Shown here in pieces: positions 1 to 11,991 of a stretch of DNA of 64,000 bases. Source of the stretch: Octopus sinensis (lineage: Eukaryota). The notes beneath the pieces were generated by a model, which saw only the letters and a list, made by a program, of their open reading frames with translations, was not told where the DNA came from and did no database searches. The stretch is taken from positions 38,998,001 through 39,062,000 of the forward strand of contig NC_042997.1 in the NCBI RefSeq assembly GCF_006345805.1. Direction: 5' to 3'. Position 1 is the first letter of the stretch. The number at the start of each line of letters is the position of its first letter. The translations under genes were made by a program, and so were the position numbers.

Positions 1-1317
1 CACACACACATAAAGTCTTTGCTATAGACTCATATAAATATGTACATTGATCAACAGGCAGTTATTTGTACTATATACGTGTGTTCATTTTTGTATTTTG
101 ATATTTACTTATCTCTAAATAAACTTCCACCATTCCTCCCACCCAAATGTAAGGTCACGACGCTTTTATATCTTTATGTTTTAGTTTTATATGTTTGTAT
201 TAATTGATGTGTATATCTGTTTTCAATATTTTATTTCTAAACATTTACAGGACTGGCATCTACCTAAAGCCGGCAATCTTAAACACTTTACATTATTTGT
301 TTCCTTTTATTCCTTTCCTTTTCTCTTTCTCTCTTTATCTCTCTCTCCCTCTCACTCTCTCCTTCCCTCTCTCTCATTCCTTTTCTCTCATTCCGTCTCT
401 CTCTCTCTCTCTATCTCTCTCTCTCGATTCCTTTCTCTCTCACTCAGTTTCTTTTCTTTTTTTTAACTACAACCCTGTATTTATCTCTTTCTTTATTTTC
501 TTTTTCTCTTTTCTGTCCATCTGCCTCTCTTCTTCTTGTTCTTTTTTTCTCTATCTCTTTCTCTTTCTTTTGCTCTCTGCTTATTTCCCTTTCAACATAC
601 TTTATCCAACATCAAGTATTTGATTTGTGTATGCATAATGCAATAGCATCCTTTCCTGATGAGCTCTTGTGATTCTGCAAACTATTGCTCTTGAAACATC
701 CAATGCAGAGGATGCAGAGGATGCAAATAGTTACAATGCTGAAACAAATGTAAGGAACAAATGATATAAACTGTATCTCCTGTTATCATACTTTTTCCTA
801 TATTTTCTCTGCATATCATAACCAGTAATACTATTTAAGTATAGTAGTAACCAAACCACTACACTGGAAGCAGAGACGCTTCCACTATACTAGAAGCAAG
901 AAATGCTATATGTGTGTGTTTATGCTTCTGTGTGTGTGTAATACCTTATCTGAGAAACAATATTTTTCGGCTTTGCTAAAATAATATTTTACTCGACTTT
1001 TAATATTCGCATACTATTTTTGCATTCATAAACATGCATGCATATGCATGTGTGTGTATATGTATATTATACACATGTGTATGTATATGTGTGTGTCTTA
1101 ACTACTTCTTATTGCATGCATTACCATGTGAAGCTAATCATTTAATTTTCACTAATTTTCGGTTTACGTCGAAAACATTTCTATAGAAATGTTTCAAAAT
1201 TTGTTTTGTTTTAACAATGACTGCAAAGTCCACTATAACCATATCAACCGCCTCATTAATAACAATATAAGCTATTCTTTGTATTTTTTCTTTCTTTCTT
1301 TTGCGTTATGTCCACAG

Positions 1318-1381
1318 GTATCCCAGCTGTTCCAACGATTATATATTCTGTTCTCAGAGCACTTTATGGTGACAGTAAAAG
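1318..1381 (+). CDS. Class B1 GPCR (calcitonin/DH31-receptor-like), exon for TM4-ECL2: (G)IPAVPTIIYSVLRALYGDSK(R)
   Basis: Acceptor tccacag|, donor |gtaaat, 64 nt, phase 1 to phase 2. Splices in frame to the next exon. Resembles the GWGxPxxxxxxxxxxR TM4 pattern of calcitonin-family receptors. Confidence 0.88.
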
Positions 1382-1931
1382 GTAAATTGTTAGCAATTAC
1401 TATTCTTGTTTCTGGGAGCAATGCAATTGTAGTTTTATTGTTCTCGTTTAGCAAACTCGTAGTATCACGTGAAAATTTCAATATAATGATAGAACATGAA
1501 AAATGTTTTACTTTATTCAAACATATAATGGAAAAATACAAGAATTTTTTTATATGTCTTATAATAGATTTACTTGTCTTGTAATAGGTTGTAATCATCC
1601 AGACGTGGTTTGGACAAGTTTAAAATACTTAAAACCATCTTAATTTAAAATATCGTAATTTTTCCAGCACTTTTTAAACTATATGGACTTCACCAGGAGA
1701 AACACTATATTCGTTGCTTCGATCCTTGATAGCCTCGCATGAACGAAATTTTTTTTTTTTTTTTTTTTGGTCACTAAATGATAAATATGAAAACCTACCG
1801 ACTATGCTGAAGTAGCTTTATTGAACATCAAAACAAGTCGTCATACATTTATATCACCTTAAAAAGGGGATTATATAGTCAGTAATATTCGGCACAAACC
1901 AGATGATGCTCTCATCTATCAGAAAATACTT

Positions 1932-2010
<79 letters not shown>

Positions 2011-2517
2011 ATGCACATGCACATACTTTCTCTTTCATTCGTTCAGAGATGTATTTTCTGTAAAAGGCGATGTGATGCAGGACTTACTCAAGGAGAATGT
2101 GATAGGTGTGGGAGAAACGCCTGGCAAAGTTTCGGTCACATATTTAGATATGCTTACATAAGCTCAATTACATAAATAACCTATCCATTCTTCGATAACA
2201 GAGGTATAGTACATGGTTCTTATAATAATTGCTTCTCGGCGATAAATATCAAACTTTTCCAACGACATTGCATATAAGTTCATGTAATTATTTTATCATA
2301 TATCTTAATTTACCTTCAGCATTCCGCCGTGGTCGACTTTGCCTTTCATCCTTTCGGGGTCGATAAATTAAGTACCAGTTGCGTACTGGGGTCGATCTAA
2401 TCGACTGGCCCCCTTCCCCAAAATTTTGGGCCTTGTGCCTAGAATAGAAAAGAAATTAATTTACCTCCTACATTTACTTTATGAATCTCTTGTGTAACTG
2501 AGTTCATTATACTTTAG

Positions 2518-2581
2518 ATGTTGGACTGGAAGTAGCAGATTACAGTGGATTATATTAGGACCCATCATTCTATCATTATTG
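2518..2581 (+). CDS. Class B1 GPCR exon, ECL2-TM5: CWTGSSRLQWIILGPIILSLL
   Basis: Acceptor actttag|, donor |gtaagt, 64 nt. Contains the conserved ECL2 CW motif and the TM5 xIIxGPI pattern. Confidence 0.93.
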
Positions 2582-2694
2582 GTAAGTTATATTTGTCACA
2601 TTGTTTTTTAGAATTTTTATTTTTTTATAATTTTCTCAAACCAGCAACCAAATTTTATAAGAATCAATTTAATGCTAATCACTGATCATTTTAG

Positions 2695-2780
2695 GTAAGC
2701 CTTGCACTTGGAGCAAACATATTAAGGATGTTGCTTTCGAAATTACGAGCCAGAAACACTGATCCTTACCATCAAACTAG
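2695..2780 (+). CDS. Class B1 GPCR exon, TM5-ICL3: VSLALGANILRMLLSKLRARNTDPYHQT(S)
   Basis: Acceptor cattttag|, donor |gtgagt, 86 nt, after a 113-nt intron. Matches the NIxRxLxxKLR motif of class B receptors. Confidence 0.92.
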
Positions 2781-4980
2781 GTGAGTCTATTTCTTGTTTA
2801 ATTGCTTGTTCCTTTTGTTTTTGATTCACGTGAAAAATGCCAAATTTATCCAATCCAAAAGACAAATTATTGATGCTAAAATTATATTCAAATTGTTCAG
2901 TAATTTCGAATATTGATTTTTAATGAAGTATAAAATATTTAACAATCGAAATTAATATATTTGTTATTTCTTAAAAACATCAGTCTGCTGTGTCAAACCT
3001 ATCACATGTTAACAATTTGAATATGTAATGTAACTAATATTTATAAGTGTTCCTATCAAGTTTCAATATGGAAGCTTAATTCATAGTACCAGTCAACTTC
3101 GTGGTAGACAGGTTATGTTAGATGACAGAAGACACTATTGTTCTACCAGCTGTACATATTACCGAGTCACACTCGGAGCGAGTGTAGCTTGATAACATGT
3201 ACTCCACTTTCACAAATCGTTTTATATGCCTATGTAATCGCGAGCAGACATAGACACCCTCTCGACTCTCTCAATTTTAACTCAGTGCAATATCCGAGAT
3301 CTGACGGATGGAGGGAAAGAGTGATGCACAATAAGCATCCCGGCTGCGAATTTTTTTCCCACGAGAGTTCCGGAGCCCAGTAATGAACTCATTTACATAC
3401 AGCCAATCAGAGCAGGGCCACCTATATCCTTTCTTCATTTCTAGTCAGCACCGTGCATTCCTTCTCTATTAGCAGACAGCAACCTTTTTGTTACTATCGA
3501 AAAAAGTTTCGCTATCACTACAAGTACTACTGTCTCTCTAACTACCTGCCGAGGCAAACGAATAAATATATGTAAATAATATTTCTTCCTCATTGGTGTT
3601 GATCCTTCGATGTTCACTAATTACACCGACTTTGACGAAATAATACACTTGCCCAAACTGAATTGCTGGAGTTATTTCATTTTTTTTTTCCAGAAAAATG
3701 TTTTTAAAAAGTTATAGAGGTTTCAAGTTTGATCATTTTCACCCAGTTAGGAAACAGGATTTGGAAGCTGTCATTTTATGCATGACTGCACATGTTATCA
3801 TTAACATCCTGAAAATGCTCACATTCTTTATATTTTCCGTGAATTTTTCACGGATCCAGCTAGTTATAATAAATAGATCTCTAATCTTCTACAAATAATA
3901 TAATAGTACTCTGCGAAATTTTTTAATACTAACACATTTTAGTGACTATTTTTTTCTGATCTTTTCTGTTTGGTTGCCAGCGTCAGTTTTCTCTTTGAAC
4001 TAATTTCATATTCAGTGTAATGATGCACATTTATAGGCTAATTAATGAAGTGAAAGTAATTTTCGCTATAAATAAAAAAATAAAGAGTTATTAGTAATTA
4101 AAGTTTGAAAATTTGGGTAATTTTAGTCAATCGTAAGCCACAGGCATATTCATGTTTTTCTCTTTTAAATTAATATAAACATTTATTTACATGAAAGAAA
4201 ATTACCAGAGAAGTTTCGTGCTAAAAATAACAGCTAAATAAGATTTATTTACATGAAAGTAAATTACCGCAGACATAACGCGTGTTGTTTACAAATATTG
4301 ACATGTAGTATTTTGTTACGCACAAAATGACAGTGTCCAAATCCTGTTTCCTGACTGTACTGACTAAAAAGGAAGAGAGAATAAAGATTGCTCTGCTTTG
4401 ATTGGCTGTATGCAAGTAAGTTCATTACTGGGGTCCGGAACCCTCGTGGGAAAAAAAATTTCGCATCCCGGCTTGTACAGTTGAGTCAGCTAAAACAATA
4501 AGACATAAAGAGCCTTGCTCCAAGAAACAATGCGTCGAGCGACTCAATAATAGAATCCATAACGTTATTATCGTCAAACAAAAGACTTCAAAACTGGACC
4601 ACACGCCTTCACACACCATTGTAAACAGCAAATAAAGTACAATTAACGTTTGCTTTGTGCAAAGTTGTTACATTCTTTTCATGCATATGATATCCTTGAG
4701 CGGAATCAGTTTTCGCTAATTTAACTAACTCTAGATATACAACATGACATAGACAAACTCTTTAAAAGATTAATGAAACAACAAATCCTTGGATTCAGTT
4801 TGTATTTAGACAACACAGACTCCACATCATAGGCATGGTCGTATTGTTAAGAAGTTTGCTTTGTAACCGCGTAGTTCCGGTGTGCGTACATATGCGTGTA
4901 TATATTATGTGTATATGCGTATGTTCGAGTACTTGCGTATATATGTGTACATATGTGTATGTATGTAGGTATATATATAA

Positions 4981-5216
4981 GGCGGAGAGCTGGCAGAAAC
5001 GTTAGCACGTCGGGCGAAATGCTTAGCGGTATTTCGTCTGCCGTTACGTTGTGAGTTCAAAATCCGCCGAGGTCGACTTTACCTTTCATCCTTTCGGGGT
5101 CGATAAATTAAGTATCAGTTACGCACTGGGGTCAATGTAATCGACTTAATACCTATGTCTGTCCTTGTTTGTCCCCTCTATGTTTAGCCCCTTGTGGGTA
5201 ATAAAGAAATAGGTAT
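4981..5216 (+). mobile_element. tRNA-derived SINE-A monomer. Other copies or fragments near 2321, 10250(-), 20890, 21106, 36675, 44076, 44605, 57670(-), 60480(-), 60700(-), 61606
   Basis: Head ggcgg(c/a)gagctggcagaa, B-box-like gagttcaaa(a/t)tcc, body gaggtcgactttgcctttcatcctttcggggtcgataaattaagtacc, many dispersed copies. Confidence 0.9.
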
Positions 5217-5543
5217 ATAGCCTTCGCCGATGTATACCGGTGTAGGATGTAGACATGATCAGCGAGAAAACCAAAAACCAGTATATTTCTAGCGAAATAC
5301 ATTGTGAAATATTTTCTACACCGAGATACGTCTGCTCCTCCGACATCGCTACAATCAGGAAAGCAGTGAACTAATTATTGCTTCGTTTGAAATCTGCAAT
5401 GGCGCTATAACTCATCAACTGCGATACAAAATATATTAAGTAAGTTAGTAAGTTTGTAAGTAAATATTTTCATAAATGTAAATAGTATCAAAATTGATTT
5501 GTAGTATTCTGAAATGTATGTTTGTAAGTATTTCACTTTTCAG

Positions 5544-5679
5544 TCGTGGTGTTCGAGCAACTCTACTACTAATACCTTTACTAGGTTTGCATTACTTCAT
5601 TCTACCATTAAAACCAGAGGGAAATGAAAAAATGGAATTTGTTTACGACATTATATCAGCTTTACTGATATCTTTACAG
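5544..5679 (+). CDS. Class B1 GPCR exon, TM6-ECL3-TM7: RGVRATLLLIPLLGLHYFILPLKPEGNEKMEFVYDIISALLISLQ
   Basis: Acceptor acttttcag|, donor cag|gtattt, 136 nt. Contains VRATLxLxPLLG (PxxG motif), typical of calcitonin/DH31 receptors. Confidence 0.96.
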
Positions 5680-6170
5680 GTATTTAACTCTATTTTGTTT
5701 TTCATATTCATTTTGATATTCTCAATTTTATTTTCCTGAAATAGAATGAAAAATAACGAGTTTGATCATCTATTATTCAATCTTGTCAACAGTTTCTGCA
5801 ATTATAAACGAAATTTTTTTTTACAGTTTCACGTATTATCTACAAGTTACCTATATCCCATCAACTTTATTTGATACTTAACAAAAAATGTAAACATGAA
5901 ATAAACTGCAAACTATAGACAGCAGTCGAAGTAAAAGTTTATGAATAATTTCTTCGTTTCTTGGTTGCATTTTTTTTACTTCACTTTCAGGACACATTGA
6001 AAATACATGAATACTAGAACACTTATTTCCTTTCCTCTAAGGATAAGCGCCTGTAAACGGATGCTATTGAACGAAATAAAGCAAACAATAGTCACTATTG
6101 CATGAGATAAATAGATATGCTTTACTATAAATCAATACATATATAACAAATCTACAGAGAATTATATATA

Positions 6171-6393
<223 letters not shown>

Positions 6394-6506
6394 GTACATA
6401 AACATATACGTATTTTATATTTATATATATTTTTTTTTATTTATATGATATATGACACTTAAAATATATATTATACATATGATACTTGAAATATACATTA
6501 TATATA

Positions 6507-7785
6507 TAGGGTCTTGCAGATAAATTGAGACAAAATTTTACGATGCATAAACTGGTTATAAATGGTAAAATAATGGTAGTAGCCAGATATAATTCTAATG
6601 CAACATTTATTACAACAAAAACATTTACCACTCAATATGGCCGCCCTTTTGGGCAATTACTGCCTCCGCAGGAGAACGAAATGTTTGCAGCTATCGCAAC
6701 CTTCACCTTTGTGATTTTGCGTATTGTACGCCCGATGCAGGTCTTCAATCTGTCGACATTCGAGAATGGTGAAGCAGTGGTTCTTGCTTGAAGTACACCC
6801 AATAAAAATAAATCGAAAAGGTCGAGATCTGGGCTATTACTGAGCCAGATGTTGGCCCTCACAAAACATCGCACCTTCTCACCAAGGAAGGCCTGTGCTG
6901 CTTTTGATCCATGGCATGGTGCAGAACCCTAAATTAGCACCACATTGTCAAACACAAACTTCTACTCCATCCAAGGTAACAGAGAGCTCTTCAGGATGTC
7001 CAGATTTCCCTTTGTGCCGTTTTTTCAAACCAGACTCAATGAAGTGCTGTTCCATGACAATTCCATCACTCGCCACAGCTCCAGATCCATCACAGAGGTA
7101 GAATTCTTAGTCTCAAACACAGGGAGGACGTTAGAAGGGTTGTATGCAATCACTCGAGAATTTCTGTGATTCGCCTCAGCGTACCCAGCGAACTTCTAGT
7201 CCACAAACACGTGGGTTTTTCTCGCACCTTCATGCTTGATGAATGACAGAAGCTTTGGGCATCTCTCGGCTCTGATTGCTTTGCCTTTGGTTGTTAGGAG
7301 GTGACGGAATCGTCGAACATAGTCATGCCAAGGTTTCTGTTCACAGCTCTGCACGCCGTGGAAAGAGGCACATTGCGTTTCTTTGCAAGAATTGTCATGG
7401 ATGTGAATGGGTTAGCTTCAATCAAGCATTTGCAGCCAGCGAGAAACTTTTATTACGCTTGGAATCACTTTGAGAGTTTTGTGTTCTTTTCTATCAATCT
7501 TTCTCTCTAGTTTTAAATTGTTTATATACACGATAAATTGCTACTTTTGGAAGTCTCGTCAACTTAAAAATTTTATTGATAATGTGCCCGGCGCATACCA
7601 AAACAACAATGGCGGGACGGTTTTGTTGTTCCATACCTTTCTGATGTCGAATAAGTTCGCTTTTTACTTGAAATATAAAGAAGAGGATTGGATTTTCAAG
7701 CAAGCAAAGTATTTTCAAAACATGAAATGTTAATACCACTGAGTTAACTGCCTAAAATTGGTCTCAATTTATCTGCAAGATTCTG
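6507..7785 (-). mobile_element. Full-length but decayed maT/DD37D-type Tc1/mariner transposon
   Basis: TIRs (t/c)agggtcttgcagataaattgagac and gtctcaatttatctgcaagattctg in a TA context, about 1.28 kb. Minus-strand translation gives an HTH start (MEQQNRPAIVVLVCAGH), HVFVD*KF, and SAPCHG...IWLSNSPDLDLFD, with 37 residues between the second catalytic position (mutated) and the last Asp. Several stops. Confidence 0.85.
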
Positions 7786-7854
7786 CTTATATATAGACAG
7801 ATAGACAGACAGACAAACGAACAGACAGACAGACAGATAGATAGGTAGGTAGAC

Positions 7855-7954
<100 letters not shown>

Positions 7955-8379
7955 TATTAATTAGCAGGAGATGGATTCAGTATGTTTCGGCCCATCAGTC
8001 TGAGTCTCATCAGGTACATCGATAAAGATATATTTCACTAGAGATTTTTAGTGTCGGCTGGCTTCTTGTGATATACCTATCCAGTAAGAAAATGAATAGA
8101 AGCAAATGATGTAACAGAAACGCAAAAAGTTTCAAATATGAACATGGAAATCTTCTTTCCAGTTTAGATGAAATGACTTAATCATCTATCGCTGTCATAA
8201 CTGCTGAGAAGAAAAAGAAAGTAGAAGAAAGGAAGATTAATATTTAGTCAAGTAGATTTATGTTCATGCATATACAAACAGACAGAGGCACGCACACACA
8301 AGATGTGTGTGTGCGTATGTATGTATATATATATATATATGATATATATATATATGCACCTACATAAACATATACACAC

Positions 8380-8422
<43 letters not shown>

Positions 8423-8503
8423 CAGATACATACAAACACACACGCAGACAGACACACACTCATATACATATGTATATATATACATAAATATACATATACA
8501 CTC

Positions 8504-8547
<44 letters not shown>

Positions 8548-8724
8548 TATATATATACATATATACATATACACATAATATATATATATACATACATATA
8601 CATACATACATATATATGTGTGTGTGTGTGTGTGTATATAAGGATGAAAAGGAACACACGAGTTGAATTTATATGAAAAAACAAGTCAAGATAGAAAATG
8701 CTAAATTAATTTTATAAAGAACAT

Positions 8725-8765
8725 TTCAGTACCGGTTTCAGTCATTTGAGACCTTTTCAACTGTA
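8725..8765 (-). ncRNA. Minimal type I hammerhead ribozyme motif, U3-A8 core variant, in an inverted Penelope terminal repeat
   Basis: Minus strand reads UACAG UUGAAAA GGUC UCAAAU GACU GAA ACCGGU A|CUGAA: stem I CAG/CUG, 4-bp stem II, palindromic ACCGGU stem III, GUA triplet. Confidence 0.6.
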
Positions 8766-8885
8766 ACGATTAAATAATTAAAGTTAGAAAAATTAAAAGA
8801 AATGTTTTTTTAAAGAATATTTGTATAGTGTTCAAATATAAGTGGCATTCTCCTTGTTTCTGCCTTTCTCTGTCTCTCATGTTTA

Positions 8886-9540
8886 CACTTGTAAACTTCT
8901 TCGCCTTCAAAGACAACTTCTACCGACAAAAATCGGGGACTGCGATGGGTACGCGAATGGCCCCCTCCTTTGCCAACATAGTCATGGGATATCTAGAAAT
9001 CAGTCTGTATCGTAAGGTTCTAGAAAGATATGGCAGTCCTTTCTATCTCTACATAGAGAACAACAGGAAGAGATACCTAGATGACTGTTTCATTCTTTGG
9101 CATGAAAATATAGAGAAACTCAAAGAATTCCAAGCAATTTTAAATGGACTGGACGTAAACATCCAATTCACGATGGAATATAGCCAGCAACAACTCCCCT
9201 TCCTCGACATCCTCATTAAGAAATCTAATAACGTAATAGAAACATATATACTATAAGCCTACAGATTCTAAGCAATATCTTCCATTCAATTCATGCCACC
9301 CCAGACACACCAGAATGAATATCCCCTTCAATCTAGCAAAAAGGATATGTGCTATAGTTTCTAATGCAAACACCAGAGACACACGGCTACAAGAACTAAA
9401 AGATACCCTCATCACCAGGAACTACCCACCTTCATTTATTGACATATGCATTCTACGTGCCCTTAAACTCAATATCCAGGAACTCAGACATCCCAAATTA
9501 AAGAAAAATTTACGACCAAAAGCCTTACCATACATCTCTA
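8886..9540 (+). mobile_element. Penelope-like retroelement fragment, RT core to post-RT helical region
   Basis: NFFAFKDNFYRQKSGTAMGTRMAPSFANIVMG...RYLDD...LPFLDI, then after a frameshift YYKPTDSKQYLPFNSCHPRHTRMNIPFNLAKRIC. These are PLE RT motifs. Confidence 0.92.
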
Positions 9541-9830
9541 TCTGTATTGGACCCCGGCCTCCTTCTGAGCGGGGTAGATATATTCTGTCTATGTCTACTT
9601 TGGGGTAGTGACTTGGGTATGCTGTTAGTAGTGTTCTACTTTTTCTATCTAGGTTTCTCAATTCTTCCTGTCTATTATTTTAGAGTTGTAATTTATGACT
9701 GGTATGGCTAGTGTGTTTATTCCTATTACCTTATTTTTAGTATTGCGTTCAATGTTTCATATTAATCTAACTCTTCTGTAATATTCCCTCTTAATTTTCT
9801 TTCATTTCTGTGTGTTGTATTTTAGTTTCG
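9541..9830 (-). mobile_element. R4/Dong-clade LINE fragment, RT thumb region
   Basis: KIKREYYRRVRLI...NKVIGINTLAIPVINY...RNLDRKSRTLLT...HYPKVDIDRIYLPRSEGGRG matches the R4/Dong LDRKTRKxLT...DxxRLYLPRxxGGRGL pattern. Confidence 0.8.
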
Positions 9831-9840
9831 TGTGTTGTTA

Positions 9841-9857
9841 TTATCATTATTATTATA

Positions 9858-9911
<54 letters not shown>

Positions 9912-10083
9912 TAGTTTTATTTTTATAGCGTGCCTTCACTTCACTACCGAGCGCAGCTCTGTGTGCCTTGGGTATGTGCTGTGATTTGTTGTGATGCTCT
10001 GATGGTTACTGTATTGAAAGTGTTCTGCGTAGGATGTGTGCAGTGCCTAGAAATGCAATTTTCTGTATGTTATATGTGTTTGT
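9841..10083 (-). mobile_element. R4/Dong-clade LINE 3' end with (TAA)n tail
   Basis: TPGLTNTYNIQKIAFLGTAHILRRTLSIQ* (the R4-type QKxxxLGTAHILR C-terminus), about 110 nt of 3' UTR, then (AAT)n at 9841-9909. A second (ATT)n tract lies at about 10100-10153. Confidence 0.8.
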
Positions 10084-11555
10084 AAGTCCTGGTGTTTTTG
10101 TTGTTATTATTATTATTATTATTATTAGTAGTATTATTATTATTATTATTATTCAGCATTGGGTAATTTCAGAGAAATTTCTACTGCATCACCGGCTACA
10201 CCCCCGTGTTGCTGGGGCGTATGCAACATTGGGTGTTCTTTTTTCTTCAAATTTTGACTTAAAACCAGCAATTTTAGTGTATGAAAGGCAAAGTCGACTT
10301 CGACTGAATTTGAACTCAGAATGTAAAGACGGATGAATTACCGCTAACCATTTTGCTCGGCGAACTAACCATTCTGCCAGCTCGTCGCCTTAGAATCGTT
10401 CATTATCTATTGACATTTATTTATTATATGCACTAGTGGGATAAGTAGTCTTGATGATAGAATTTTCCAAAATTTGAAGAAACTAATAATGGGTGATCAA
10501 CAACGTTGTCTTTTGAGAATGAATAATTCGAGTGTTAGTCTCTATAGCCGTCTCTTACAGCTTAATGTACAAAAATTAATGTACAAAAAGAATTGATAAT
10601 CGAAAAATCACTATTTTATTCCTCAATTTAAGAACATTAATTGTTGGGTTGAGAAAAAGCTTGAATGTCACCATTTTCTATGTCTCTTCCTCGAACACCA
10701 TAAGGGTTAATGATATTGAAAAATAAACACGTAAAAATGAATAAATATAGCAACAAAGTAGGCCGCGAACTGCAGATTAGTTTCATGTAGAGTTAATTAT
10801 TTTGATCTATGATTCCTGTCCATGTGCTGTGTAGGTGTGTACACACACCCTTATGTTGTGAGTGTGTGTGTGTGTGTATGTAATATTCGAATGCATTTTG
10901 TCATTTAAAAACTATAGTGTTTTAAATATTTGAACAGCATTTCTAATGTTATTATCCTCTGCTTGTCCTAATATTTACTTGTGTGTTCTTCACTGAATGT
11001 TCTAAATCAAACATATTTTCCCGAGGCTGTAATTATTTGTATTAAAACACGTTTTCTTTTTCAAAAGGTATTTCTCCTTAACATCTACATATAATTGGTT
11101 GTATTCTCCTTTTTTATTATCTGACATAAAAAACGGGCTCATAAAAATTATTCAATCTGTATTTTCAATTATTGCTTATGCCGATGTTATAAGGACATTT
11201 TGCCTCTGCAAATCAATAATGATTTTTAATAAAATTTAATTTCCTTTACTAATTATAAAAAAATCTTCGCAAACTTCTACAGCACTCAATACATTTAAGA
11301 AAAATAGTTGAAGTATCTGCATGTGATTAATATTATTCAATTCTGTGTGAGAATATTTAATGTAAAAATAAAAATTGAAAGAATTATCAAGTTTGCTTTT
11401 AATAATTAAGTCAATACTTTCATTGTCGAAACTATAATGTTATTATTTTTGTTATTCTATTTAGTTCTTGCGGCATATTTCTAATGACATTGTTATATAA
11501 TTATATTTATAATTACTTTACTTCTAAAATAAGTAATTTTCCTTTTCAATTTCAG

Positions 11556-11597
11556 GGATTCTTTGTTTCTCTTTTGTTTTGCTTCTTGAATGAAGAG
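11556..11597 (+). CDS. Class B1 GPCR 42-nt TM7 exon: GFFVSLLFCFLNEE
   Basis: Acceptor caatttcag|, donor |gtaagt. The 14-codon GxxVxxxxCFxNxE exon is the conserved short TM7 exon of class B GPCR genes. Confidence 0.96.
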
Positions 11598-11927
11598 GTA
11601 AGTATAATAAGTTCTAGCACAATGTTATTTATATACAGAAGCAGGCATAGTCACATATTTAAATAGTTCGTTTTGCAACTGTGTAGTTTCGGGTTCAGAT
11701 TCACGGTGCGACACCTTGGGCAAATGACAACTACTATAGCCTTCCCCCCGCCAGCGACCAATGCCTTGTGAGTGAATTTGACAGACGGAAACTTTGTGGA
11801 AGCCCGTTGTGTATATTATATATTACAGGCTTCCACACAGTTTCCGTCTGTCAAATTATATTAAACACTGTATATTATTACATCCTGTACATTGTTATAC
11901 ACCATATTACCATTCACTGTATAATGC

Positions 11928-11991
<64 letters not shown>

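Noticed and set aside
645-730. Hammerhead-like CTGATGA...GAAACATCC, and a possible upstream receptor exon
   Set aside because: Stem II does not pair and U16.1 is absent. No frame gives class B TM3 motifs with usable splice sites.
7975-8020. Minus-strand CTGATGA-GACTCA-GACTGA-TGGGCC-GAAAC hammerhead-like motif
   Set aside because: Stem II is plausible, but stems I and III cannot be formed. It is at best a decayed PLE ribozyme.
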